Assembly: GCF_902652985.1 (NCBI RefSeq)
Contig: NC_047029.1
Location: forward strand, 34,038,001 to 34,102,000
DNA: 64,000 bases
Direction: 5' to 3'
From: Pecten maximus
Lineage: Eukaryota
Every line of letters begins with the position of its first letter. Position 1 is the stretch's first letter. A model generated the notes under the pieces. The model was not told the origin of the DNA. It did no database searches and saw only the letters and a program-made list of their open reading frames with translations. Below, piece after piece: positions 35,951-50,209 of the stretch. The position numbers were made by a program, and so were the translations under genes.

Positions 35951-37288
35951 TTTTATAGGTTTACGTTGACGTTTGAAGTAAAACAGAACAAACAAGCGAA
36001 TGTCTAAACATTAATTATATTGTTCTTCAATTAAAATGAACACAACCACAGAACATAGTGACATGCATGTATATGTCACCCAGCTATGCATATGAAACTG
36101 TAAATCAGTGAATATGAATAAAAAAACTCTACTGACGTGCATCGTAATTCTACTACATGTAATATTACGAATTGGTAATACGATGACCAACTACCCCTAG
36201 AAATACAAGGAGAATAGGACAAAGCGTTCAGGAAAGGGAAGCGTCTTCATCGATGACAAATACAGAAACCACTATTGATGTCAACGACCATTGACAGCCA
36301 AAAACTTTATATCGGAAAGGAAAAAGATGTCGTCTAAAATATTTCCCTATCATCATTTATAATTACTTTAAAATGCCGTCAGGGAGAAATACATATTATC
36401 CAGTTTTATAGAAAGACACTTAGTAATTCTCAGAGACTTACTTGTTCCCCTTGGAAAAGCTAAAATCATCTTATCATCCTTTTGAATAATGGAAAATTTA
36501 TCAATCCTTAAATATTGAAATGTATGTTTTAGATGTCTACTTGTTATAGCATAAGCTTGAACCGTGTTCCCGTACTGCTGTAAAAACTAAATTATCATAC
36601 TCTCTGGCCGAACCAGCTACAGTAAAGGGATATCCTTTTATCCATCTAAAACATATTAAAAATCCTTTGAATATGTCTTTTGAATGAAGTCTTTATAAGC
36701 ACTGATTAGTACGTTATGAATTATTTGATTAGATCACGTGACATCGTGGTAGAGCAGTGACCTCCATTATGAAAACATGAAGTAGTAATTGGCCTCAAAT
36801 GAGAAATCCCCACGACTCAGTGACTACCGTAATCGAAAATACTACACGGAGACCTAGGTAATTTAACGTCAAATCGGATGGGACAAGCTGACCAGTGGTC
36901 ATTTGTAGGCTGTATTTATTCGGACCTGCTCAGGGAAGCCTAATTATATCGTATGCAGTAAACCCGACCTGATTGACTGGGATGACACTTAATAGTTTTT
37001 CGTGATGATGTTGACGAGGACGGACTTATACATACAAGGTAATTCTCACCGTTCCTTGTGTAATTATTGTCGACGCTTCGACTCCTCAGGGCTACTGGAG
37101 GGCAGTGCAATCGTAATTTTATTGTGAAACTACTTCGCTTTCGAATTGAGTAGCTATAAATTTCTCTCCATTTAGACAGCATTTCGCTCACTTCCGGTTC
37201 GGGTTTATATTCCCTATATATCGTGTTTTTAGAGACAAGTAGTCCGAAATCAGCGTGCGAAAAACTAGAACGTTACACATATGGGTAA

Positions 37289-37740
37289 ATAGAGGATATC
37301 TAACAGTGTTTTCAGTAATACCAAATATATTTCACGAGTGGGGCTAATATTTTGATATTTTTCACGAGTGCGCAGCACGAGTGAAAAATATCTAAATATT
37401 AGCCACACGAGTGAAATATATTTGGTATTACTGAAGACACTGTTAGATATTCTGTTTATTACATTTTTTATCAACGAAAAACCTACCCCGTATGCTAACT
37501 AGGCCTACAGCGATCATTTGTAAACAAAAAATGTAGTTCCCCCCGTCCAGGTGCTGAGATATATGTCGGGCTTTCTGATTGGTCAATTATTTTGGTATTT
37601 TCTAATCATTAATTTGATTGGTCAAATCAGCAAAAGTGATATTTTTCACTAGTGATAAATATGATATTTTTCACTAGTGAAAAATATCACTTTTATAGAA
37701 TGAATAATTTTTGATATTTCACTGGTAAAAATGTAATAAA
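37289..37740 (+). mobile_element. Long-hairpin non-autonomous dispersed element (~450 bp; possibly Crypton-type)
   Basis: A ~165-bp 5' palindrome centred on GCGCAGC is followed by a segment bounded by TTTATTACATTTTT and AAAAATGTAATAAA. Near-identical copy at 49745-50169. The superfamily assignment is tentative. Confidence 0.8.
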
Positions 37741-40700
37741 GCGTGCTTACATAAACGTAATGAAAAAGTAAAATACTTATACCACACAATATTACTTATC
37801 AAATATAGTTTAAATCAGAAGTAACGACAAAGAGAGGTTCAAGAATCATTCCATACCGATATTCCTGGGATTGGGACACTTAAACGTAGCTGTACATGGC
37901 TTTATACGCCGTGGGGTATTAAATCGGACGCTGCAATGTCGCCTCTCGGTAATTTGCCATCGTTTTCTAAACCGTCTATTCGATTGCTCGACAGATAATC
38001 TGTAGCTCTGCTAGTAACTAAATCTAGGTTGTTTTAAGACTAATTTCGTCTAAGTCAGCCTTAGGCTGCCCGTGAACCAAACAGTGATAGACCAGTCTGA
38101 GATTAGTCGCCCTGGTCGCGTCATTTGTTACAAGCCCGGCTCAAATTTCGGTCATTCGCGACAAATCCATGAGTTTAGGACGACTTATTTGAGAACGGTG
38201 ACGGAAAGTTTACAACCTTATCGCCGGTACTTTTTGTTTAACGACTACAATGAATCAAACAGCTGTCCAGTCGTCCGTACGTTTTATAAAGAGACATCCC
38301 TGAACATACTGAAGTCTCCAAAAACAAACACCACAAGCATGATTGTCGCACACAAAAAAGGTCGTCGTTTAATGTCCTGAGCTGTTGATCAGACGTTAAA
38401 ACAATACAAAATAAACAATTCTGAGTCGCCTCCCTTGGCGAGGGAAATGTCATATTTGACTTTTATCATGGTGTATACATACCAGATACCGACGGGCAAA
38501 CCAACCTCATACGCACCTCTGTAGTCCCATTAAATACATATCGATCACTACCAGAGACGCCATATTACCCAATGAAAATACTTTCAACATTTACATCAAA
38601 TGTGACACATATGTATAAAAAAAACACTTTACTGGGGTATTTAACAGATCGTTTAGTATAACTTTCGTGTATGTATTTTACAAATTGTTCTCTAATTGAT
38701 CAGAAAACGAGGGAAATCAGTTGTCAGTCTCCCAGTTCTATTTTCGTCAGAAATCCTTTGATTTCGCCGATAAAAAGAAAACACTGTCATAATTCAGCTG
38801 AACCGTCTGTCATCAACAATGGATTCGACGCGGATAGCTCTTTTAGTACAATAAAAATCTATGCATGTTACCTGGTAACTGTTCGTGCGTGTGACGTCAT
38901 AAGCAACATTCTAATACCATGTCATCTTTCAGAAATATTTCATGCGACAAACGACCAGATTTATTCCTAAGTAGATTTACACAATATAAACTATTTATGA
39001 AGTCAACGGGAGATTAGAGACGATCGAATTATAAAGGAAGAAAAAAGAAAAATGCACAAATGATATTTGACACTCGATAATGTTTCCCGTTGAATATGAA
39101 AAAAAATCGATATCTTCTTTCATGCGAGTGAAATAATATTCAACAAGAATCCGTAACTTCATTAATTTTTATTTATAAAGATGAAAAATAGAACATTCTG
39201 CATAAAAAGGCGTAGGAATCCGCAGCATCGCTGACAGCATAATATAATGAAGTTACGTGTAACAGAACAGCGCAATTTTGAATTGGTTGCACAACGCTGA
39301 TTCCATGTTTTCTGTTGTTATGTGGGAGGGTTTTGCTTACAAGGTTTTTATCAAATTTTCACTTAATTAACACAATGCAGAAAATGCGCCAGAAATCTAC
39401 CCTTGTTTTATTTTTATCTAAGCAGAAAATCTAATTAAAATTCCAACGCGGAGAAAAGTAGCATTTAGCTGACCAGTCAATGAATGGTATTACTACGACT
39501 ATTATAATACGGCAACGAATAGTGTTTTCAAAGTTCAACACTTGAAGAAATTTATTTTTATGAAGTAATGCAACATGGTATCACCTGACAAGTAGCCTAG
39601 TAAAATGATCGTATATAGTGAAGACAGCCTTACTACTGCTGATTCGTAAAGATATCAACCATAAAATCGGGTTAAAAGGCCTTTCATGGGGGAACCAACA
39701 TTCTACAACACTCTCTGATATAGTAGCCCATATAAGAAAACAAGGCCTACCTTCCGAAATGTGGAATGGTAATTGAAAATGATTTCAAATACTGTCTATA
39801 CTTTCAGGCAAAATGCAGCAACTTCATGAATAATTGACAATACTCTAACGAGATGTGACTTGTATCCAGATCGATTATCGCTCTGTGGCTTCCACAAGAA
39901 CATGTACGAATTCCTAAAGCTTTGATCTTATATGAAATTGACATAATGCACGTACAGTACAAAGAATTCTGTAATCTGCGTTGTTTTCAGGGGCTTCGTT
40001 TATTCATCATTTTCAAGATTAATATAATCAAGAAGAAAGGATGAAATATTTCAAATAAACAAAATTACAAATATCGTAGTCTGTTTTTGTGGAAACATTT
40101 ATTCTTTTCAGGTTCGCTAAAATCAGGAAACGTTGAACCTTCGAAAAACAATCTTTTCAATACAACATTGTAGGAGACATGAAATACACGCGCCATCAAA
40201 GTGTTGGGCGATTATACATTCAATATTGGCGAAGTGTGTTGAGGAAATGCCAGTTATCTATCGTCACATGTATCTCATATTATAGTATCATATGTCGTCT
40301 TCGATATTAAATCTGGTCTGTTAAATAATTGGTAATATGCCTCCCGCTGTTCCTCTTGACTCTTATTTTGCGATTTGAAGAACCCTTCTCTTCAGGAAGA
40401 CCTGGTCTTATTATTTCTGCACTTTACCATACGTGAATCTGTTTTCTTTTTGGTAATCTTTTTCCTTCGCTTTATTTTGATTTTAAAACCCCGCTTCATT
40501 TGTATTTTGCTTTGCTCCTGTTGTTTGAGTACATGTACAGGCATGGATTTTCAGATAAAAATCTGATTTCAGACTTTTTTCTTGTGTTAATTTTAATATT
40601 TCATCATAGAAAACACTTCAAATTAGGATTTCAGACATTCAGCTGCTCTCTTCCCTGCATGTAAGTCAATGTTGTAAGCCAAAACAGTAAGCATTGTTAC

Positions 40701-41824
40701 AACACAAACCGCTCCTCTGTTTGATCAGGTCTAAGGTCATACATGTATAAATACGTAAAGTCATGGTAATATTACATTATATACAGCTTCGAAGTAGTAA
40801 AACCAGGTTAGAAAATTGTTCAATAGTGTTATTACATCGCACATAACTCCAAATATAGAAAACACAGACTGATAATATCAGATGGATACTTCAGCAGACA
40901 TATAACACGCAGCTGCTTTAGCGCCTAATACGTTAGCTTTGTGGTAAATTTAGGAACAAGACAGACGCTAACCTACAGCCGGATAAACTATGGGACGCTC
41001 TCAAAGGTCTGTTTTTCTGTAATACATTGGGAAAATAAGTCTGAAGACCGCGTGAGCTGATATATGGTCCTTTAAAGTCTCTCTATGTTGATAGATATAA
41101 AAGTTGGCAACCCCCACACAGGCTTTTGTTGTAATTGACTACCATTGTCATTTTGAGATGTTTATTATTAGACGTTTTTTAATGATTGTGTTATGCTATG
41201 TTTATTTTGTATTGTTAAATTGTAATATGTTTAGAATTTATATTAAATGTCACCATATGCCATGTATGGTGGCCATTTTCAAGCTATACATTCTCTTTGT
41301 TGTCTGTGACAGGACCGAAGATGCATAAACAAGTTTTATTAATATAAACTTCATAATCCCCTATGGCTTTATCTTTATGTTATCCCCTTCAAATCTGCTC
41401 AGTTACGTCAGCAAATCAGGTAAAGTGTGTAATATACGTCTGAAAAAGAACTGCTGTAAGTAGTAGATACTGTTGTGAGTTTGTCCACTCCTTTCCTTGC
41501 CTTTGCGGCAGCAACCATGGCGTATATCTGACTTTTTTCGCTTCTGATATGTAGTTTTCATCGTCAGTCCGCCATTCTTAAAAATATATCAGTCTACGAA
41601 TGCGTGTATGACATATTTCCGCAGCTCTATTACATTTAGAGAGTGGAACACCGCATGAGAGATTCCCTGTCATAAGAGGGTAGTTTCCTGGTTTAAATTT
41701 TAATTATGAAAAAATATGGTATAAATTCTCTCATATATCATTCCATATCACCGTTACGGTATTTATTCTATCATTCCATCATTGCTTTAAGCACAATCAC
41801 ACGTTATGTCGATGAGTTGTACAC

Positions 41825-41952
41825 AAAACAAAAACCCTGCTACAAAACAATAACCCTGCCACAACACAATAACCCTGCTACAAAACAATAACCCTGCTTT
41901 AAAACAATAACCCCGCTACAACACAATAACCCTGCCACAAAATAATAACCAT
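41825..41952. repeat. Tandem repeat, ~19-20-bp unit (ACAAMACAATAACCCTGCY), ~6 copies
   Basis: Directly visible. Confidence 0.9.
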
Positions 41953-42402
41953 GACAGAAAACCGGGAATACTAGTTTAGATATCCGAAAACTAGAAATAA
42001 ATCGCTTGTCATCATCATCAATAACCAACTATTAGTGGGATCACTATTCCAAAATACTCTGCAAACAAGTTTTCCAATGCACACTAACGCAATAGACCAT
42101 GCACTACAATGTCATGCCTCTACACGGGTGCCAATGTAACTCGCTTTACCTTATACGAACGTTGATCGAATCTGTAACACAAATTTCCTAGTAGATGAAA
42201 ACTGTAATAACATAATTTGAATATGACATCTTTGGTATGAGATGGTCTGTACGGTTTTCGAAATAAAACCACATCCTGTGGATCGGGGAACTTGAAAGAC
42301 AAAGCAAAATAAGAGAATATAGGGAAAGGGGAAGATAGAGAGGGTATATTGAGTATTGAAAAATGTACGGCAGGTGCTTTTCAGTTTCTTTAATGTACGC
42401 AA

Positions 42403-42618
42403 ATTTGGTTTGTTTTTTTGTTTTTTGTTTTTTGTTCTGTTTAACGTCCTATTAACAGCCAGGGTCATTTAAAGACGTGCCAGGTTTTGGAGGTGGAGGA
42501 AAGCCGGAGTACCCGGAGAAAAAATCACCGGTCTACGGTCAGTACCTGGCAACTGCCCCATGTAGGTTTCGAACTCACAACCAAGAGGTGGAGGGCTAGT
42601 GATAAAGTGTCGGGACAA
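42403..42618 (-). mobile_element. tRNA-derived SINE, V-domain-like
   Basis: Minus strand has B-box-like GAGTTCGAAACC, a TTTTCTCCGGGTACTCCGGCTTTCCTCC core resembling V-SINEs, and a 3' tail CCCTGGCTGTTAATAGGACGTTAAAC followed by (AAAAAAC)n. Confidence 0.75.
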
Positions 42619-45279
42619 CTATTTTTTAATCTTAAAAGTAAAGTTTTGATATCCCAGACATAGAGCCTCAGGGGTTGGGGCCCCTGAGGTTCCTCACAGT
42701 TCAAACAAAGATAAAATGCATAATAAGAAAGACTTAATTAAAATATCACAGAATGTTTGTCAGGCAGTATAATCACAGGTATTAAGCTTCAACATGAACA
42801 AAGGCAGGTAACATATAAACGTATTACATTCTCAAAAACTGACAGTAACACTATCAAAATCGACAGAAACCAGTCTATTATCGTCTACAAAATATTTCTT
42901 AAAAAGCTTCATGTTATCCAGATTGCGATAATAAGTGAAAAAAATATGTAATGAATTTTTTCACGGTAAATAAAAAAAATCGCAAAATTGGAACATTTCC
43001 TTCACTGAGCATTATTATATCCCTACGCGTATAAATGCAGAACCTCGCCACACTAAGAATGAAATTAACAAACTATCCATTCACATATTTCCATTTCTCA
43101 CTAAAAGCCAGAATAGTAAGTCGTTCATGATTAAGTGAGCTAGCATTATCAGGACCTAATTTCGAAAACAGATTCTCCAATATTGCAACCATAAAAACTT
43201 TTAAATCTGATAGCTCTGGACAGTACACAAACAGATGAAATAAACTTAACCACACCGCCACCGCGGCCCCTACGCTAACGAGAAGACAAGGATACACCTT
43301 GATTTTATTGGTGGACACAGACTAAAACTCTGTTGTTGTTTATTTCAGTATCTCATTAAGTTTCGAACTGAAAAAAGGATCCGCTTGGTTTCAGAAAAAC
43401 AAATCCCAAATGATTTTATCCTCCGAGTACAAATTGCTTGACCCACGTTCTTCTTTTTTAAAACGTATATTAGAGTAGATATGATCTGGGTGACATTTAA
43501 TTAATGTTGAGGTACGGATGGCTTTCCGTCTGTAAACAATCCAATTAGACGATGAAAACAATACCTAAATACAGTTTTGCCTGGTAAAATGATCAAATAA
43601 TGCTTTTTAAAGATGTGTTTATTTAAGCCAGTTCGCCGTAAATTAACTTTTTATCTTTAAAGGACTTAATGGTTTTTTTATTCAGTAAAATAAATACCCA
43701 GCTAATATTTATATACACAGATAAATAAGTGTTGTGGAATGTTCACAAGGTGATGTTGCGCTAGATTTGATAACCGCGAACAAGTAGTTCCTAACTAAAA
43801 TACAAAACAAGTGACAAGATGAAACATAAATCTAATTCTAGGACTCGGCATTTAAAGCTGATCCTAAAACAATATCCTTGCAAATGATCTACAGCCTATC
43901 GTTTTTAATGGATTAAATACTCCTTTTAAGCTATGATTGCACTGACGTTTAGTTGTAATGTGATGCCTACACATGTCTGGTGCGGTCATTCATACTTATG
44001 GTTATGTGTGAAAGTTCAGATACTGTAAAAGCTTTATATCTTGGTAATCTGATCCGGCATGGAAAAAAGACAAAACTCCAATGTAGAAGTTCCTGGTGCC
44101 AAAAGGTGGAAATAACCTAACCGTTTACTTTCATGCTCTTTTTAACCTAAACCCTATATAATACGGTTTACTTGAATTTGGCTGTAAAACATCGGTGAGG
44201 CCGATCATTTCCTCGGTATCACGAGGTAAGTTTGCGGTCCTGGAATAGGAAGCACTAGAGAGGAAAAATATCCAAATGTTTGTTTTCAAAAACGCCTTTC
44301 CACATAGGTTGACTACAACCAATCGGCGGATTTAAATGCGATGAATAGAAAGCATCGTCCTGATTGGTCAAGATTAAAGTGATATATCATAACTTATATA
44401 AGCAATGATTTTATTACTTTTTATAAAACAAATAACTCGATATTTCATCGATACAAATGATAAAATAGCGAGTTGACAGGAAGAGTTAAGGTCATTGGTA
44501 TAAAAGCATGCCATTATCGATATCCTTAAACGGCAGTATCAATCAAGAATATGCGCTGCTTCACAGGACGGAATATGATATACAGGACAACACCAACTGG
44601 TTTCATACCGTTTCGTCACTGTACGCCAAAAAGCCAAGGTCAGGAAATGTGAGCAGTTGATAGATACTAGCCAAATGAAATATCGGAATATCCATCTAGA
44701 GATCTTAGGGAGATGACGTGTTCCTTTCTAGAACTTAATTCAATCTACGTTTGCTGTACAAGGGTCAGTGATACCTTTTAATATTTTATAGAGGCCGCAT
44801 TGACAAGGCCATATATGGATTGTCGATCTAACTGTTCTTCGGCGTGATGTAATACATGTATATATACAAGGACACCCAGCTCAAGGAATTGGGGGAAAGG
44901 TGATATAAAGGTTTGCCAGCGTCAATATATCATAAATGTCTACGGCGTGCTGTTGATGGATAGACATACATGTACGATCAAAGCCATCCTCTAAATAATT
45001 ACGTCATTGGAAGGGAGCCGCTGTTACATAATGACAGATATATATGATACTGCATAGAACACACAGCTTATCTTTCATATCGTTCGGTCAGAATATCTGT
45101 TTAAATTATTGTAATGATTAGTTACGAATGGAACACTTTTTGATTTTGTCACCGATAGAAGTTTACATCAGCATTGTTCGGCTTACTGTCCGTCGTGTGT
45201 GTGTAGGTAGTCCTCTGTGATCATATACAATTTTAAATTGTTGTTATATAAAAGTGCTTATAAAATGGTATTTTTTGGT

Positions 45280-46265
45280 AAAAATACCAAACTAAATATC
45301 TTTCATGTAGATTCCCAAATTCCTATAACACATTTGCTTTATCTGTTTTTAACTAGATATCCTTACCAACTGATATTAATTAAACCAACCAAAAGTCACA
45401 ATGGGCCTGTGTCATTTGATCTATAGTGTATATTGTATTGTCTGGCTGATTTCGAATTTCCCTATTTCTCGTCTGGATTTCAACACTCTTGTCCCTAAAA
45501 TGATAATGTAGTTGTGTGATACATTTTCATTCTCATTAGTTAGAATCCATAGTATCTACTTCTAAATCCCTACTATCATTATAGGAGGTATCAATGAAAG
45601 TTTTATTTTCTTATCACAGTTGGACTAAAACTATATCATGTAGCGACCATGACCAGTGAAAATACCAGATTAAATATCTTTTATGTAGAACACATTCGCT
45701 ATCATTGGTTTGAACAAGAAATTCCTATCACCTCATATTACTTAAACCAACCAAAAGTCACAATGGGCCTGTGTCATTTGATATATAGTGTATATTGTAT
45801 TGTCTGGCTGATTTCGAATTTCGCTATTTCTCGTCTGGATTTCAACACTCTTTGCCCCTAAAATTCCTACTAGTATTATAGGAGGTATCAATGAAAGTTT
45901 TATTTTCTTATCACAGTTGGACTAAAACTATATATTATAGCGACCCTGACCAGTGAAAATACCAGATTAAATATCTTTTATGTAGAACACATTCGCTATT
46001 ATTGGTCTGAACAAGAAATTCCTATCACCTCATATTACTTAAACCAACCAAAAGTCATAATGGGCCTGTGGCATTTGAAAAGTGTTGTGTATTGTATTGT
46101 CTAAACTTACTTCGATATTCTTGATTGCACGTCAGGGTTTTAACACTCTTGGAATTTAAAATCACTGCAGTTGCATGATGTATGTTTATTCTCATCAGTT
46201 ATTATGCCTTGCATCTACTTCTAAATTCTAACTATCGTTATAGGAGGAAGCAATGAAAGTTTTTA
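45280..46265. repeat. Degenerate tandem triplication, ~300-360-bp unit
   Basis: AAACCAACCAAAAGTCAYAATGGGCCTGTG recurs at ~45382, 45744 and 46041; TTATAGGAGG..CAATGAAAGTTTT recurs three times. Confidence 0.9.
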
Positions 46266-48199
46266 CATATTAAGCGACCCTGAATCAGTCGGCTTTCCCT
46301 TACATAGATATAGCCTAATACACTATTCATCTGATTCAAACAGGATATTATGCACCTTTTGTTCTCCTACAAATCCACTTAAAGTTTAAAGGAATGAAGG
46401 AAATCGTCAATTATTTAAAGGTTGTAGCGAACATGTTTGAATTTTATTATGTTTAGTGGCATTTAAAAATTCACACCCAGCTTTGTGTCTGTCGATAGCA
46501 ATACTGGAAAGCCATTCATTGCTCCTTCGTCTGACATGAATAACCATCTCCTACTCGGGGGTTTTATTCCTTCGCGCTGTTAAAGTAATTAAAACCATTC
46601 TATATCATAAAACTGCAAATCAAACCTTGTAACACTACTGCCATTCCTAGAGAACTTTGATATCTAAAGTGGAACCATCACGTGCTATTCTAAAGAGCAT
46701 ATGACCATTTTTCGTCTTCCATTGTTCTCATTCGAAGCAGGGTTAAGGACATGCTAACTTTCGTATACTTAAACCAAAATAATTTCCCTGTAGAACAGTG
46801 GGGTAACAGTGGGTAGACACGCTTACTGAAGACTCTGTTGGCGAGATAGGAGAATGGATCGGTAACCTTTCACATTCTCATGATGATAAATACATTCTCC
46901 TCAATGAAGGAGTTTCTAGGAAAGATACATGTTTATAACGTAATGCAATTAATATAAGCCGGGGTTATGTGGTACACAATGTTAACACTAGTAGGAAATA
47001 TACTGTAGATCTTCTAACGATGACACGAAGGAATATATTGAGAAAATGAACACTTGGTAAACACTAGCTAGTATAGAATATGAACACTATGAAAACTATC
47101 CCGACTATAATCAAATAAGTATTTATATGATAATCCGAATTTTTGTGTTAATGACCGTAGCGAGTAAACAACAACTGTTCTGAATACATATTGACAAAGT
47201 TAGATGATCTGACCACACGGAAACATTGTACGATGTTTACTTGCCGAAATATACGCAATTTAATTCCAATCCAAACCGCCACACAGCTTCAGGTCGCCAT
47301 CTTTGCTCAAATCAAAGCATCTGTGCGTTTGAAAGAGTCTGTACTGCAAAGCTTCTAAACGATCTTGTGATAAAAATTTTAAGACTATAATAGAAACGAA
47401 ATGTGAATTTTAAAATAATTTGATTTCAATTACTTATGCTTTAGGTTGGCGGATCGTAGCAATTATTTACGATGAAACTTTAATGTTACACTAAGTACTG
47501 ATCACAATATTTTTATTAAGACATTTTTATTTCTTTCACTTCAGTTAATTTTAAGTGGTAATTTAGATTTCCCTAATAAATTCGCGGGAAATGAAATTGA
47601 TGACGTAACGGAAATCCCACATGCTATTAGAACATGACATGGAAAACATGCATAACGATAATAAAAATAGAAGATCGTTTAAAAATATACTGGGTTATTT
47701 TCGCATTTTTTGAGACATCAATGTGCTAAAATACAACGGAAGGTAACACTGATTTTGTTCATAGCTCTCGTATCAAATAAAATGAACAGTTATTTGCTTC
47801 ACCTAGTTGGGCTGGACCTACTTTGTTTTGTAGTTTACAGATATGGTCGCATAAATAATTCATCTTCTCAACTATAGTCGATCTAATTGCTTATCCGCCT
47901 GATTTTTCTATTAAAAAGAATTGTACTTCTCAATAATGCATGTACATGTGTTTGAAAGACAAATGTTATGAGATAATGTAACTATAGATAGAACAATACT
48001 GCATATATCAATCAAAGACCATGCTTTCCCTAGATGAAAAAGCATTAGAACCCAATGCAACTGGTATTCGTTAGGTGAATGGATACAGCAACATTTTAAA
48101 TATTTTAATATATAAATACTTATTACCGGTTAGCTTGTAATAATAATAATAATAAAACAATCTAATCATATAAGCTCCGATATTTCCAAGGAAATAAAG

Positions 48200-48565
48200 A
48201 TGTATCGTTATGCTGCCACTTTCTGTCGTTTTAAAAGGTTTGACGATACATCAAGGTGATGATATCAAGTCATGAATGGTATATCGTTATGCTGCCACTT
48301 TCTGTGGTGTAAATAAGTTTGGCGATACATCAAGGTGATTATATCAAGTCATGAATGGTATATCGTTATGCTGCCACTTTCTGTGGTGTAAATAAGTTTG
48401 GCGATATATCAAGGTGATGATATCAAGTCATGAATGGTATATCGTTATGCTGCCACTTTCTGTGGTTTTAAAAGGTTTGACGATATATCAAGGTGATGAT
48501 ATCAAGTCATGAATGGTATATCGTTATGCTGTCACTGTCTGTGGTGTAAATAGGTTTGACGATAT
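48200..48565. repeat. Tandem repeat, 79-bp unit, ~4.6 copies
   Basis: ATATCGTTATGCTGCCACTTTCTGT recurs at 79-bp spacing (48281, 48360, ...). Confidence 0.95.
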
Positions 48566-48714
48566 TATATCGGGATATGTATGCTGTATACAAGGGGCCT
48601 GTAACAGGAAGTCCCATTAAGTTTTATCTGCTGTAACGTTATCTTAGCGCACTAAACTATGACTAGAAACCACATTTAATGAACATATAAGGAAACAAGG
48701 ATGGATAGTATTGC

Positions 48715-48998
48715 AACAGGAATACAAAGTCCGCTGCCTGAGCTAGAAGTGCACCTATTCATTTCGCTTTTTTTTTTTTTTGAAAAATGTTTTTTTCGAG
48801 AAAAAAAAACCAAATATGGGTTGCACAACTACATGTTATACTGATCATGTATACCAAGTTTCGTTAAGATCGGAGTAGTACTTTAGGAGGGGTTGTCCGG
48901 ACATCTATTGCGTGACAGACAGACAGACGGATGGACGGACGGACGGACGGTGGGTAAACCTATAGTCCCCCCGTTTTTCAAACGGCAGGGGACTAATA
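48715..48998 (-). mobile_element. Short Helentron/HINE-like element
   Basis: TATACCAAGTTTC..AAGATC core, (GACA/GACG)n microsatellite, and terminal palindrome TAGTCCCC..CCGTTT.TC.AAACGG..GGGGACTA. The left boundary is uncertain. Confidence 0.65.
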
Positions 48999-49139
48999 AA
49001 GATAAATATTCATTACCTTATCGCCAACGTAATCCTATCTAACTTGACCTTAACAAAGGCCCGAAGCTTTCGTAACTCAAAAAAGAATTTCAAATGTCAC
49101 TTTAAGCATTTTTAGGAGGTGTCGAGCTATAAAATATAG

Positions 49140-49609
49140 ATATGAGGATATTCAATAACGAGAACGAAGCACGAGTGAAATATATCGAAATATTCTGTCA
49201 TACGAGTGAAATATATGTCATATTTAACGGAAAATCATTCAATTTTCTTTATCCTATACTTAAAAACAAAATTGAAAAGCATCGAAAAATTAATAGCGTC
49301 AAAAAGTGCGGGAATCAGTAATCGGAGAATTTGTGCATGCATAGCTAACGTCAAGTGAGTATTTTGTCAAAAACTGGTCAGAATATTTCAGAAATACAGC
49401 AAACTAAGCAATTTATCTATCTCCACTTCGACCTGAAAAATCAGCAAGTTTCAATGAAGTGAATACAAAGGATAACTCTGATTGGCCAAATTGGAAATTT
49501 TATATTTTTACTGCAAAATCTTATATTTTCACCGCTTATAGCTGCAGTGAAAATAGAAGTTTCATTAGTTTGATAATTTTCTATATTTCACTGGCACAAA
49601 TGCAATAAA
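49140..49609 (+). mobile_element. Diverged relative of the long-hairpin element
   Basis: GAGGATAT ... CGAAGCACGAGTGAAATATATC ... TACGAGTGAAATATAT ... CTGATTGG ... ATATTTCACTGG..AAATG.AATAAA parallels the 37289 and 49745 copies. Confidence 0.6.
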
Positions 49610-49744
49610 TGTTTATAACGTATAAAACTGGACATGGATATGGATGTATAAAACATTTATTACAAGGCTTTAATCCTATCTAAAATAGAATATACGTGCT
49701 AAATTTAATCATAAAAAAATGTCTTTCTTTAAACCAGATAATAT

Positions 49745-50169
49745 ATAGAGGATATCTAACAGTGTCTTCAGTAATACCAAATATATTTCACGAGTGGGGC
49801 TAATATTTTGATATTTTTCACGAGTGCGCAGCACGAGTGAAAAATATCAAAATATTAGCCTCACGAGTGAAATATATTTGGTATTACTGAAGACACTGTT
49901 AGATATTCTGTTTATTACATTTTTATCAACGAAAAACCTACCCCATATGCTAACTAGGCCTACAGCGAAAGTTTGCATACAAAAAAAGTAGTTCCCCCTG
50001 TCCAGGTGCTGACATATATGTCGGGCTTTCTGATTGGTCAATTATTTTGGTATTTTCTAATCATTAATTTGATTGGTCAAATCAGCAAAAGTGATATTTT
50101 TCATATGATAAAATATCACTTTTATAGAATGAATAATTTTTGATATTTCACTGGTAAAAATGTAATAAA
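49745..50169 (+). mobile_element. Second full copy of the long-hairpin element (small internal deletion)
   Basis: Near-identical to 37289-37740 except for loss of part of the internal TCACTAGTGA repeats. Confidence 0.85.
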
Positions 50170-50209
50170 ATGCAGCCATCGTATTACAGCTAATTGAATT
50201 ACGCAGCTA

